From positions 2,670,001 to 2,702,000 of the forward strand of contig NZ_CP042905.2 of assembly GCF_008000775.2 (NCBI RefSeq): a stretch of 32,000 nucleotides of DNA, in the 5' to 3' direction. Position numbers and translations under genes: made by a program. Within the stretch, counting starts at the first letter, position 1. Every line of letters begins with the position of its first letter. Shown here piece by piece: positions 16,550 through 25,811 of this stretch. The notes under the pieces were generated by a model. The model made no database searches. It saw only the letters and a list, made by a program, of their open reading frames with translations, and was not told the origin of the DNA. This stretch comes from Promethearchaeum syntrophicum. Lineage in GTDB: Archaea > Asgardarchaeota > Lokiarchaeia > Sigyniarchaeales > Promethearchaeaceae.

Positions 16550-17146
16550 TTAATAAAAATCTCTTGATTGCTTCACTTTTCTCGGTTTTTTCTTTTTAAT
16601 AATAATTCCAATTCCAATTCCGGTTATTAATCCAAATATATGAGCCCAAGTTCCTATTCCAGGCGCAAATGAATATATGATTGAATAAATAATATAAAAT
16701 ATGGAATATAAATATACTCTCCGGTCTTCCTTTGGAACAAGAACCATAACCGCACCCATCAAACCGAAAACAACTCCTGATGCCCCTAAACCATAACCTT
16801 CATATCGAGAAAGTAGGAAACTAAAAATGCTGCCCATCAAACCCGATAAGAAATATATCATTAGATACTGCCATTTTGAATAAAATTTTTCAGCTGTTGA
16901 ACCAAATATCAAGAGTCCTAAAATATTGTTGAAAAGGTGTAAAAAATTAGCATGTACAAAAAAGGATGTAATTAAAGTCCACAATTCTCTACCTTGAGAA
17001 ATATTATTATTATTTTGAGCTAGTAAATAGAGAACATCGTCACCTAAAATAAGGTTTACAATCAAAAACACAAGAAAATTTACACTTATAAATCCTAAAG
17101 TTAGGTAGGAACGCTTAATATTATCAAGAGTTAATTCAAATGACAT
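16550..17146 (-). CDS. Rhomboid-family intramembrane serine protease
   Basis: 198 aa multi-TM ORF with the catalytic-type motifs FVHANFLHLFNNILGL, GLGASGVVFGLMGA and WAHIFGLITG. Confidence 0.9.
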   Translation of the reverse strand: MSFELTLDNIKRSYLTLGFISVNFLVFLIVNLILGDDVLYLLAQNNNNISQGRELWTLITSFFVHANFLHLFNNILGLLIFGSTAEKFYSKWQYLMIYFLSGLMGSIFSFLLSRYEGYGLGASGVVFGLMGAVMVLVPKEDRRVYLYSIFYIIYSIIYSFAPGIGTWAHIFGLITGIGIGIIIKKKKPRKVKQSRDFY

Positions 17147-17252
17147 AATAATTAAGTCCTATTAATGAATAGCGTTTTTTATAATTTCTTTTTATGGTTG
17201 ATATGATGATTTTCCGAAAATCTTAATTTTCTAAAGTTCTGATTAAAATATT

Positions 17253-18164
17253 ATGGGAAATTGGATTTTAGCTTTTGAAATTCCTACTGTTCTTCTCTTT
17301 CTCTTCGCAGTTGGAATGTTGATCAAAGGAAAAGATTATAGCCGTTTATCAAATTTAATCACAGCATTTGTTTTTGGAATTACCTTGGAATATTTCAATA
17401 TCTTCTTGACCGCTGGATATCATTACCATACAGATTTTCTATTGCAATTTGGAACCCCTCCAACTAATGTACCGATCGCCATTGGATTAGCATGGGGAAT
17501 GTTATTATTGACCGCACAAGATGTTTCACAAAGACTAAAATTACCATTACGTATTCGATTATTCTTTGAAGCAGCCTTTGTGGTCAGTACAGATATAATT
17601 TTGGATGTAATCGCAATCAGGCTAGAAGGAGGATTTTGGGTTTGGGAGGATGTTACTACTAATCTCTCTATTACTAATACCAGCTTCTTTGGAGTAGGAT
17701 GGATGAATTTTATCGGTTGGTATTTTGTAATCTTCTTTGTGAGTTTATTTTTGCATTTAATGAATCAAAAAATTAAACCAAATTCATGGTTGTGGCAAAT
17801 TACGAAAGTTATCATAGTTCCAATCGTAAGTTATCTTGCCCTCTTTGGTATACTTTACTTAATTAATTTTTATTTGTTCACTTATTCTTGGATAATTTTC
17901 CTTGGATTATATCTCATATCAATTTTAATATCATTGATTTATTTATTAAGGAACCGTCCTATCGAGATTGAAAAAACGCACTCTTTATTCCCGCTTTTAT
18001 TCTATTTATTTTCATACTTGTTTTCAGTGATAGCAATGATCGGTTTAGGACTGGTGACTGAAGTGTTATGGTTTTTCTTTGTGGGTTTATTATTATTTGG
18101 GATAACCATTTTCATTGTGGTTACTATCACAGATTTTAAAAATCTCACGTGGGATGCAATATAA
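17253..18164 (+). CDS. Polytopic membrane protein, possibly carotenoid-biosynthesis-like (DUF422/CruF-like)
   Basis: 303 aa ORF. GGFWVWEDVTTN...FFGVGWMNFIGWYFVIF resembles the xWGVPxxNFxGWF signature, and there are about 8 TMs. Confidence 0.5.
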   Translation: MGNWILAFEIPTVLLFLFAVGMLIKGKDYSRLSNLITAFVFGITLEYFNIFLTAGYHYHTDFLLQFGTPPTNVPIAIGLAWGMLLLTAQDVSQRLKLPLRIRLFFEAAFVVSTDIILDVIAIRLEGGFWVWEDVTTNLSITNTSFFGVGWMNFIGWYFVIFFVSLFLHLMNQKIKPNSWLWQITKVIIVPIVSYLALFGILYLINFYLFTYSWIIFLGLYLISILISLIYLLRNRPIEIEKTHSLFPLLFYLFSYLFSVIAMIGLGLVTEVLWFFFVGLLLFGITIFIVVTITDFKNLTWDAI

Positions 18165-18183
18165 CCATTTTTTTTGTCTACAT

Positions 18184-18801
18184 TTATATTGGCAATTTCA
18201 TAAGACTTTGTTTTAGATCTACGAAACTTGTAAAGCTTTTTTCAAAGCGCGAATTAAGAAAACTATTTTTAACTGCGAAAACAAAATCTGCTTGCTTAGC
18301 CCCTTGTAAATCAGAATTTCCGTCTCCAATGAAAATGACTTTTTTTTTCTGCGCCTGATAATATTTAACTTGATCTAGCTTAAAATCAATAGAATCGGGA
18401 TAGTTTAATAGAGGAAACTCTAACTGAAACTTTTCATCCTTTACTTTAGCAGCAACAACAGGAAGATTAATGTTATTTTGTGATAAAACAGAATTAATAA
18501 TAAAATCCAATCCTGCACTAACTATAACAAAATCAATTTGTTGTGATAAGCAAAAAGTTACAAATTCTTTAAATCCTGCTCTAATAGGGATTTTTCCCAA
18601 CGATAATACAATTGATGGAATATCGGTTTGAATCATCTCAAATTGTTTTTGCATACATTCATGCAAATCTATCTGTCCTGCACTCAATAATGTGTCATAT
18701 ATTTCCCAATCTCCAACTGCGAATTGCTCCAGAATAGGGACAACTGTATCTTCAAGAGTGATCGTGCCATCAAAATCGCATAAAATGATATAGTCTAACA
18801 T
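18184..18801 (-). CDS. HAD-superfamily phosphatase, MtnX-like
   Basis: 205 aa ORF with CDFDGTITLEDTV, VIVSAGLDFII and VIFIGDGNSDLQGAKQADFVFA. Confidence 0.82.
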   Translation of the reverse strand: MLDYIILCDFDGTITLEDTVVPILEQFAVGDWEIYDTLLSAGQIDLHECMQKQFEMIQTDIPSIVLSLGKIPIRAGFKEFVTFCLSQQIDFVIVSAGLDFIINSVLSQNNINLPVVAAKVKDEKFQLEFPLLNYPDSIDFKLDQVKYYQAQKKKVIFIGDGNSDLQGAKQADFVFAVKNSFLNSRFEKSFTSFVDLKQSLMKLPI

Positions 18802-18923
18802 TATGATTCAATTTAGAAATTCAATAAAATAATTAATATATAAACAAAATTAAAAGTAATGGAACATTTTCGCAATTTTTTGTAATCAAAGCGTTTGTTA
18901 GAGGATTTTAGCTAAGCCTTACC

Positions 18924-19331
18924 TTATCTGGAGTGTAAAAACAAACATAATTCCTCCATATCATCCAATGGATTTCCTTTCATTGGACTTTCTCGGGCTT
19001 TATATATTTTTCGTGGGTGAAAATGATGGGGGCGAGAAGAAACATCCCAATGTTGATCATAATTATCAAATCGACATAAATCTTGATCCAAATGAGAATA
19101 AACTATAGAATAGGAATATTCGTTATAATTATTGTATTGAATGTATACGATTGTTGCATCAGTTAACCGATATTTTACTCTTTTTAATTTTAGATTGATT
19201 TCCTTTTCTAGAATTAAATCAAAACATGCTTCATCAAATTTTTTTATTGCTGATAGGAGATTCCTTTCAGATTGTTTCAACTTAAAATTATCACCATTTA
19301 TTTTTAATTTGGTGAAGTTCTTCCTGATCAT
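18924..19331 (-). CDS. TumE/DUF6516-like toxin candidate
   Basis: 135 aa ORF. Compact beta-rich protein with YSIVYSHLDQDLCRFDNYDQHWDVSSRPHHFHP...NPLDDMEELCLFL, similar to the YRYDN..HH...FPHHKH pattern of TumE proteins. Confidence 0.55.
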   Translation of the reverse strand: MIRKNFTKLKINGDNFKLKQSERNLLSAIKKFDEACFDLILEKEINLKLKRVKYRLTDATIVYIQYNNYNEYSYSIVYSHLDQDLCRFDNYDQHWDVSSRPHHFHPRKIYKARESPMKGNPLDDMEELCLFLHSR

Positions 19332-19524
19332 CGAGAAGATTTTGAATAACTATCGCATCATCCTCAGCATTTCGAATCTTTCCAGATTTACTGTCAGTTA
19401 AAAATAATTCAATTGAATCATATTTCCATTTCTGCAAGATTTTTTCTATCTCTTCTACGATTATTCTGAGCTTACTGTTTATCAAATCTTCGGCTAATTC
19501 TTTTTTAAGGGAAACTTGCGTCAT
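19291..19524 (-). CDS. Putative cognate antitoxin of a TumE-like module
   Basis: 77 aa ORF immediately upstream of, and overlapping by 41 nt, the TumE-like ORF. C-terminal NAEDDAIVIQNLLDDQEEL. Confidence 0.5.
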   Translation of the reverse strand: MTQVSLKKELAEDLINSKLRIIVEEIEKILQKWKYDSIELFLTDSKSGKIRNAEDDAIVIQNLLDDQEELHQIKNKW

Positions 19525-19620
19525 TATTCTTCAATTAATATTACACAATTTGAATACTTCAATGTTTAGAATAAAAATTTTTCTTCATAATCTAGTTTAC
19601 CTAATAAAATTGCTTATTCA

Positions 19621-20868
19621 GTGAAATTATATCAAATAATAATTGCATTTTCAATGAATTATGATCTATTAAACCATCTTTATCTCATAATTTATTTTTT
19701 ACTTGACTTTAATAAAATTGAATTGATGGTAAAATATGAAAGTAAAAGCATGAAATCAATTTTAAACCAATTAAAATATATAGATTCATGGTTTTGGTGC
19801 CGCTATACTCTTAACCCATATCAAGGATGTGAACATGCTTGCATTTATTGTGATGCACGGAGTGAAAGATATTATCTACACAAAGATTTTGAAGATAAAA
19901 TTTACTTCAAAGAAAATGCGACCCATCTACTAGATCGTAAATTAAAAAACTCAAGGACATTCCTTCCAGATGTTGTTAGTCTTGGAGGAACTTGCGATTC
20001 ATATCAACCAGCAGAGGAAAAGTTTCAAAATACTAGAAAAATCTTAAAAATATTGCTTAAATATAAATTTCCCATTAATATTTCCACCAAAAATATATTA
20101 ATAAAAAAAGATTTGGATATAATTCACCAAATTGCAGAAGAAACATGGGCTACAATCGCATTCACGATCACAACTACAGACTCCGATCTGGCTAATTTCT
20201 TAGAACCTCATGCATCCCCACCAGATGAACGATTGGAGACAATTAAATTCATTAGTGAAAATTTTCCCAAAATCCACATTGGAGTAAATTTCATGCCAAT
20301 CGTTCCAATATTGGAGGATACTCCTGAGAACCTAAATTCTGTCATTGAGAAAAGTAAGGAAGCAGGAGCAGAATTCATTCTATGTTCACCTGGAATGACC
20401 TTAAGAGATTCACAAGCTAAAGTGTTTTTACATCATCTTAAGAAATATTTTAAAAATATCAGTAAACCGGAATTATATGATACTTTTCTAAAGCTCTACG
20501 GTTTAGGAGCATCTCAAGAAGTAAATCGAGAATATTTTGCTAAAAAGATAAAAGAAATCACGAAATTATGTCAGAAATACAAAATTAATACACGAGTTCA
20601 GCGTTGGTATCCTTCTGATTTTCGTAATTCAAATTATAAAGCAGCAGAAAAACTTTTTTCCCTTTCTTATGAAAATCCAATTACTGGAAGAATAAATAAA
20701 GATTTATATTGGGCTGCTATGCACATTCAAAATTTACCTAGATCATTAGGTTCACTTGAAGCTTCTGGAGATTTAAATAAATTGAAATATTTAACTTCAA
20801 AAATTAGAAAAATTATTAATCCCTACATTAAAACTCCAAATACAATGGAAAAATATTTCAAAAAATAG
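19621..20868 (+). CDS. Radical SAM protein, spore-photoproduct-lyase-like (Rv2578c type)
   Basis: 415 aa ORF with YTLNPYQGCEHACIYCDARSERYY (CxxxCxxC cluster motif) and VVSLGGTCDSYQPAEEKFQNTRKILKILL. The start is likely an internal ATG. Confidence 0.85.
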   Translation: MKLYQIIIAFSMNYDLLNHLYLIIYFLLDFNKIELMVKYESKSMKSILNQLKYIDSWFWCRYTLNPYQGCEHACIYCDARSERYYLHKDFEDKIYFKENATHLLDRKLKNSRTFLPDVVSLGGTCDSYQPAEEKFQNTRKILKILLKYKFPINISTKNILIKKDLDIIHQIAEETWATIAFTITTTDSDLANFLEPHASPPDERLETIKFISENFPKIHIGVNFMPIVPILEDTPENLNSVIEKSKEAGAEFILCSPGMTLRDSQAKVFLHHLKKYFKNISKPELYDTFLKLYGLGASQEVNREYFAKKIKEITKLCQKYKINTRVQRWYPSDFRNSNYKAAEKLFSLSYENPITGRINKDLYWAAMHIQNLPRSLGSLEASGDLNKLKYLTSKIRKIINPYIKTPNTMEKYFKK

Positions 20869-20885
20869 GATAATGAAAAAGAAAT

Positions 20886-21092
20886 TTAATTAATTGGATT
20901 ATTTTGACAAAAAGACACCACTTTAAGCCCAAGCTTAATCCCCTCATCTTCTTGAATGAAATGATTTGCATGCTTATAACCTTCATTTGGTTTCCCTTTG
21001 CTAATGGGATGTGAGTAGTTAGTTTTATTTGGTTTTTCAACTGCATTATCATATATACCACCAGGAGCTTTCGGAACTATCTTATTTTTCAC
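20886..21092 (-). CDS. Small hypothetical protein
   Basis: 68 aa ORF in an otherwise empty intergenic gap. The balanced composition makes coding plausible but unproven. Confidence 0.3.
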   Translation of the reverse strand: MKNKIVPKAPGGIYDNAVEKPNKTNYSHPISKGKPNEGYKHANHFIQEDEGIKLGLKVVSFCQNNPIN

Positions 21093-21251
21093 CCTAATAA
21101 TTGTTTCTTCAATAATTTCCCTACAAAATCAACAAAAAATATTCTTCTTTAAGCAAACTATAGACAAGGTTTTTTCATTTTTTTTTTTAGTTCTCAGAAA
21201 TATGCGGGCAAAACTTTATTTGTTCAAACCAATTTGTTATATATTGTTAAC

Positions 21252-21264
21252 ATTGTTAAACAAT
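21252..21264. promoter_or_regulatory. Palindrome ATTGTT-A-AACAAT preceded by ATTGTTA half-site
   Basis: ATTGTTAAACAAT (21252-21264), with ATTGTTA also at 21243-21249, directly upstream of the FAD-enzyme/GlpC/GlpD cluster. Confidence 0.45.
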
Positions 21265-21271
21265 TTTTTAC

Positions 21272-22750
21272 GTGAAAAATATGGAAAATTTTAAAATTCA
21301 TTTCAAAAGCGAGACTGAAATTAAAAACATTGATCATATTACTGAAAAATTAACTAAGATAGTCGGATCTGAAAGAATTTCAGTTGATGAGATTGATAGA
21401 ATCGCATATGGGAAGGATTATTGGTTAATAAGTAATTTAATGACATTAAAAGGAGTCCAACCTACTCTTCCCGATTTAATCGTTTGGCCAAAATCTCCAG
21501 ACGAGATCTCACAAATTTTAAAAATTGCGAATAAATATCAAATTCCAGTGATTCCCTACGGAGAGGGTAGTGGAGTTGTTGGCGGAGCTTTAGCCATTCA
21601 TGGGGGAATCATTCTCGACATGAAATATTTTGATTCAATCAAAATTAATCAAACGAATATGACCGTAACTGTAGGAACAGGTTTGAATGGAGCAGTTTTA
21701 GAACGTCACCTAAATGAACATGGATTTCGAATGGGACATATTCCACAATCAATTAGAACTTCGACAATTGGAGGATACATTGCTCATAGAGCAGCGGGGC
21801 AATTTAGTGGAATCTATGGAAAAATGGAAGATATTGTTCTCTCGATGGAAATTGTGCTTCCAACGGGTGAAATTATTAAAACTAAGACATATCCCCGTGC
21901 ATCTGTGGGACCTATGGTCGATCGTTTATTTTTAGGCAGTGAAGGCACTTTAGGGATAGTTACAGAAGCAACTTGTAAAATTTGGCCCATGCCAGAGAAA
22001 CAAGGGAAACTTTCATATCTGTTTTCAGACATGCAAAATTGCTTAGATGCAATACGTGAAACTTTACAAACGCGAGTTAATCCTGGGGTAATAAGAATTT
22101 ATGATATAAAAGAGACTGAACGGCATTTTGGAGAAACAATAAAAAATTCTAAGGGTAAAATAATGCTAATTTTTGTTTTTGAAGGAAATGAGAGATTGGT
22201 CAATTTGGAAATGCATATTACATCAGGAAATTGTGAGAAAAATAATGGAATTGCTACTGGTGAAAAACCTGTGGATCATTGGTTTGAAACACGATTTAAA
22301 GTTTCTGAAGCATCAGAATTCGGACCATATAATCTTGTAATGGATACCATAGAAGTTTCATGCATGTGGGACAAATCCAAAGAACTCTATGATGAAGTAA
22401 TCAAGTCAATACTTTCAGTTCCAGGGATATTTTTAGCTAGCGGTCATGCTTCTCATTTTTATACCACAGGAGTGTGTTGGTATTTTACATTTTCTGGGAT
22501 TCCAAAAGGAGACAAAGATTATATTGCATTCTATAATGACGTGTGGGATGCAACAATACGCACCTCTCTTAGAATTGGAGGAACCGCCAGCCATCATCAT
22601 GGGATGGGAGTGAATAGAAGTAGATGGATGCGCTTAGAACATGGTGGAGAATTCAATATATTACAAAAAATTAAAGCAATGCTCGATCCGAATAATGTTA
22701 TGAATCCTGGAAAATTATATTCTGAGGAAATTCAAAAAAGGAATCTATAG
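21272..22750 (+). CDS. FAD-linked oxidase/transferase, alkyldihydroxyacetonephosphate synthase (AGPS)-like
   Basis: 492 aa ORF with PYGEGSGVVGGA, TSTIGGYIAHRAAGQFSGIYGKMEDIV, PRASVGPMVDRLFLGSEGTLGIVTEATCKIWPMPE, and C-terminal GGTASHHHGMGVNRSRWM...LDPNNVMNPGKL. The HHHG motif is typical of AGPS. Starts with GTG, with an alternative ATG at 21281. Confidence 0.78.
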   Translation: MKNMENFKIHFKSETEIKNIDHITEKLTKIVGSERISVDEIDRIAYGKDYWLISNLMTLKGVQPTLPDLIVWPKSPDEISQILKIANKYQIPVIPYGEGSGVVGGALAIHGGIILDMKYFDSIKINQTNMTVTVGTGLNGAVLERHLNEHGFRMGHIPQSIRTSTIGGYIAHRAAGQFSGIYGKMEDIVLSMEIVLPTGEIIKTKTYPRASVGPMVDRLFLGSEGTLGIVTEATCKIWPMPEKQGKLSYLFSDMQNCLDAIRETLQTRVNPGVIRIYDIKETERHFGETIKNSKGKIMLIFVFEGNERLVNLEMHITSGNCEKNNGIATGEKPVDHWFETRFKVSEASEFGPYNLVMDTIEVSCMWDKSKELYDEVIKSILSVPGIFLASGHASHFYTTGVCWYFTFSGIPKGDKDYIAFYNDVWDATIRTSLRIGGTASHHHGMGVNRSRWMRLEHGGEFNILQKIKAMLDPNNVMNPGKLYSEEIQKRNL

Positions 22751-22761
22751 AGGGGAAAAAC

Positions 22762-24030
22762 ATGGAAATAATAAAAAAAATCGGTAAAAACAAATGGCTT
22801 ATCAATTTAATTATGGGATTAGATAAAGAAGATCGCAACAATATGCTTTCAGGTTATAAAAGTCGTAAGCATTATTACACATCTAAACTTCCGGATTTTG
22901 AGGTAAATTTAAAAGATTGTGCAAAATGTGCATTATGTCCTGATATGTGTGGATTTGATTCTCCTTGTCTTCTATTATCAAAGAATACAACTCTCTCTCC
23001 CCAAAACAAATCACGCCTTGCATTATTCATGGGAATGGAAAGAATTCCGATGGATAATTCTTCAGCAATATCAGCTTTATACGCTTGTATGAATTGCGAT
23101 GCATGTAAACACTGGTGCCCGATGGATATTTCAACGGGAGAACTTATGGTAGAAATGCGAGGTGAATTAGAAAAACGAGACTTAATTCCGGAAAAACTCC
23201 ATCATCTTAAGAATAGAATAATTGAAAATGGTTCAGTTCTTGAAAAGGGACCCTATACTGAAGAGAGTGAGTTTAATATTGATATGCCCAAATCTGAAGT
23301 GTTCTATTACATTGGTTGTGTGAGTGCGACCGAACGAAAATCTATGGTTCGAGCAAATATTGCAATACTCAACCATCTCAAAGTAAAATTCACAACTAAA
23401 TTGCCAGATCGAAATTGTTGTGGATCCCCACTTTACAAAGTAGGCTATAAATCTGTTGCATTGGATTTGGCACAAAAAAATAAAGAAGTTATCAATAATT
23501 CAAAAACTAAAATCGTATTAACAGATTGTCCTGCTTGCATGAATATGCTGAAATCTACATATTCTGATTGGGGAGTTAAAATTAAACCAAATATCTTGCA
23601 TTTTGAAGATTATATATTGGACAAAATTAAAACTGGAGAATTAAATCTAAATAAATCCGTTGATAAAGTAGTTACCTATCACGATCCGTGCATATTCGCA
23701 CGAGGGCTTGGTGAAACGGAAAAATCTCGAGAAATTTTTGCCCAAATACCAGGATTGCAACTTAAAGAAGCATATTTACATGGAGAAGAAACACGTTGTT
23801 GTGGATATGGTGGCGGATATCATGTTACTAATAAAGAATTATCCATAAAAGAAGGACTAATTAGGTTAGAACAGCTTCGCAAACATTCTCCAGACTATAT
23901 TGTATCAACTTGCCCTACATGTGAGTTGGCGTTTTTAGAAGCTCAAAAGAATTCCCATAATGATAACTACAAAGAAAAAGTCAAAGATTTATCTGAAATA
24001 GTGGCAGAATCATTAGGATTAGATTTCTAG
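22762..24030 (+). CDS. GlpC/GlcF/HdrD-like iron-sulfur (CCG-domain) protein
   Basis: 422 aa ORF with two ferredoxin-type motifs (CAKCALCPDMCGF...C, CMNCDACKHWCPMDIS) and two CCG-type motifs (GCVSATE...NCCGSPL; HDPCIFARGLGET...CCGYGGG). Confidence 0.85.
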   Translation: MEIIKKIGKNKWLINLIMGLDKEDRNNMLSGYKSRKHYYTSKLPDFEVNLKDCAKCALCPDMCGFDSPCLLLSKNTTLSPQNKSRLALFMGMERIPMDNSSAISALYACMNCDACKHWCPMDISTGELMVEMRGELEKRDLIPEKLHHLKNRIIENGSVLEKGPYTEESEFNIDMPKSEVFYYIGCVSATERKSMVRANIAILNHLKVKFTTKLPDRNCCGSPLYKVGYKSVALDLAQKNKEVINNSKTKIVLTDCPACMNMLKSTYSDWGVKIKPNILHFEDYILDKIKTGELNLNKSVDKVVTYHDPCIFARGLGETEKSREIFAQIPGLQLKEAYLHGEETRCCGYGGGYHVTNKELSIKEGLIRLEQLRKHSPDYIVSTCPTCELAFLEAQKNSHNDNYKEKVKDLSEIVAESLGLDF

Positions 24031-24064
24031 TTTTTTTTTTTTATTAAGAATCAGGCGAAAACAA

Positions 24065-25780
24065 ATGATCTCAAACATAGTAGAAATAAATTGGTCGGCA
24101 TTAGACCGGAATAAAGATATAAAAAGATTAGAAGAAGAAGAATTTGAATTAGTGATTATTGGTGGTGGAGTCACTGGCGCAGGAATCGCACGTGAAGCGG
24201 CATTGAGAGGTATTAAAACGGCTCTAATTGATAAAAATGATTTTGCTTTTGGAACTTCATCTCGATCATCCAAAATGGCTCATGGAGGGTTTCGATATCT
24301 TGCTCAAAACGAATTCAAGATAGTTAGGGAGTCAACAACGGAGAGAAATTGGCTAAGAAATCATTTTTCTCATAACGTCAGACCATTAATAACTAATATC
24401 GGGGGATTTACAGATAGAAAAATTTCCCCAACCGAAGTAAAGTTAGGATTAGGAATATATGATTTTCTTTCAGATTTTGGATCAAAATTCAAACAATTTA
24501 AAAAACATAAAATTTTGACCCGTGAAGAAGTGTTAAAAGAAGAGCCTAACTTCAATCCTTCTAGCTTAGTAAATTTAGGGCAATATTATGATACCAATGT
24601 TGATGATTCAAGATTAACTTTGGAAACTATTAAGGAATCTAAGGTTATTGGAGATGTTGTTGCCGTAAACTATGTAAAAGCAGAAGATTTTATACTGAAT
24701 GAAGCGGGAAAAATTACTAAATTAAAAGCAGTTGATGTTGAGACTGGGAAGAAATTAGAAATCAATGGTGATCAGTTTATTAATGCAACAGGTATTTGGA
24801 CAGACTCCCTACTTCAAAATTATCATCGAAAAGTAATACGACCAACGAAGGGAGTCCATATTGTTGTTCCTGGGCATCGTGTTGGTAATAATCATGCATT
24901 TGGTCTATTTAGAATGGAGGATAGGAGATCTATTTTTGTACTAACACGAAATGAATTTACTTTAATAGGAACTACAGACACGGATTATATTTTGGGCAAA
25001 AATGGACAACCCAATGAAGATTTTGATTATCCTTATTGCACAAAGGAAGATTCCGATTATTTAATTAAAACAGTAAATCAATATTTTCCTAATGCCAATC
25101 TTACAGAAAAAGATATAATTTCTACTTATGCAGGAATTCGACCCTTAGTTATGGAAGAAGGAAAATCGGAAAGTGAAATTTCAAGAAAAGAAGTAATTAT
25201 AGACACTGAAAATGGGTTAACCTCGATTTGTGGGGGAAAATTAACCGCTTTTCGGCTGATGGCAGAAAATACATTATATCATATTATAAAGAAAAAAGAT
25301 GGTTTTAGTAAAGATGGAAAAACGAGAGAATTTCCAAAAAAGGAACTGAAACAGGGATATTCAAAACAAGAATACTTGATTGATCTTAAAAGAAAAGAAT
25401 GGGATCAGTTTATACTTGATAATAAGCCCCATTTAGATGCAGATATTACTAATATTTTATACCAACAGTACGGTAGAGGGGCGATAGAAATTGTCAAAGA
25501 CGTTATTGCAAACCCACAACGAGGAAAACGATTTCTTCAAGATGTGCAGTTTATTCCAGCGGAAATCTATTATATTTTATCACATGAATTTGCACCACAT
25601 CTTATTGACATCCTAACTAGAAGAACAGAAATTTCATTCAAAGTGCATTATAAAAAACAGCCTGAAATTGCGGAAAAAATTGCAAATATTATGGCAGAGG
25701 TTTATTCTTGGGATGAAAACACTAAAAAGCGTGAAGTAAAGCAATATCTTGATCATATTGGAAGGACTATTTGGTTCTAA
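24065..25780 (+). CDS. glpD: FAD-dependent glycerol-3-phosphate dehydrogenase (GlpA/GlpD family)
   Basis: 571 aa ORF with ELVIIGGGVTGAGIAREAALRGIKTALIDKNDFAFGTSSRSSKMAHGGFRYLAQNEFKIVRES, GTTDTDY and ICGGKLTAFRLMAE. Confidence 0.9.
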   Translation: MISNIVEINWSALDRNKDIKRLEEEEFELVIIGGGVTGAGIAREAALRGIKTALIDKNDFAFGTSSRSSKMAHGGFRYLAQNEFKIVRESTTERNWLRNHFSHNVRPLITNIGGFTDRKISPTEVKLGLGIYDFLSDFGSKFKQFKKHKILTREEVLKEEPNFNPSSLVNLGQYYDTNVDDSRLTLETIKESKVIGDVVAVNYVKAEDFILNEAGKITKLKAVDVETGKKLEINGDQFINATGIWTDSLLQNYHRKVIRPTKGVHIVVPGHRVGNNHAFGLFRMEDRRSIFVLTRNEFTLIGTTDTDYILGKNGQPNEDFDYPYCTKEDSDYLIKTVNQYFPNANLTEKDIISTYAGIRPLVMEEGKSESEISRKEVIIDTENGLTSICGGKLTAFRLMAENTLYHIIKKKDGFSKDGKTREFPKKELKQGYSKQEYLIDLKRKEWDQFILDNKPHLDADITNILYQQYGRGAIEIVKDVIANPQRGKRFLQDVQFIPAEIYYILSHEFAPHLIDILTRRTEISFKVHYKKQPEIAEKIANIMAEVYSWDENTKKREVKQYLDHIGRTIWF

Positions 25781-25811
25781 TTGTATAAAAACTAAAAATG
25801 TGTTGAAAAAG

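Noticed and set aside
23233-23475. 80 aa antisense ORF inside the CCG-domain gene
   Set aside because: It is fully contained antisense to a strong Fe-S protein gene with no supporting signal.
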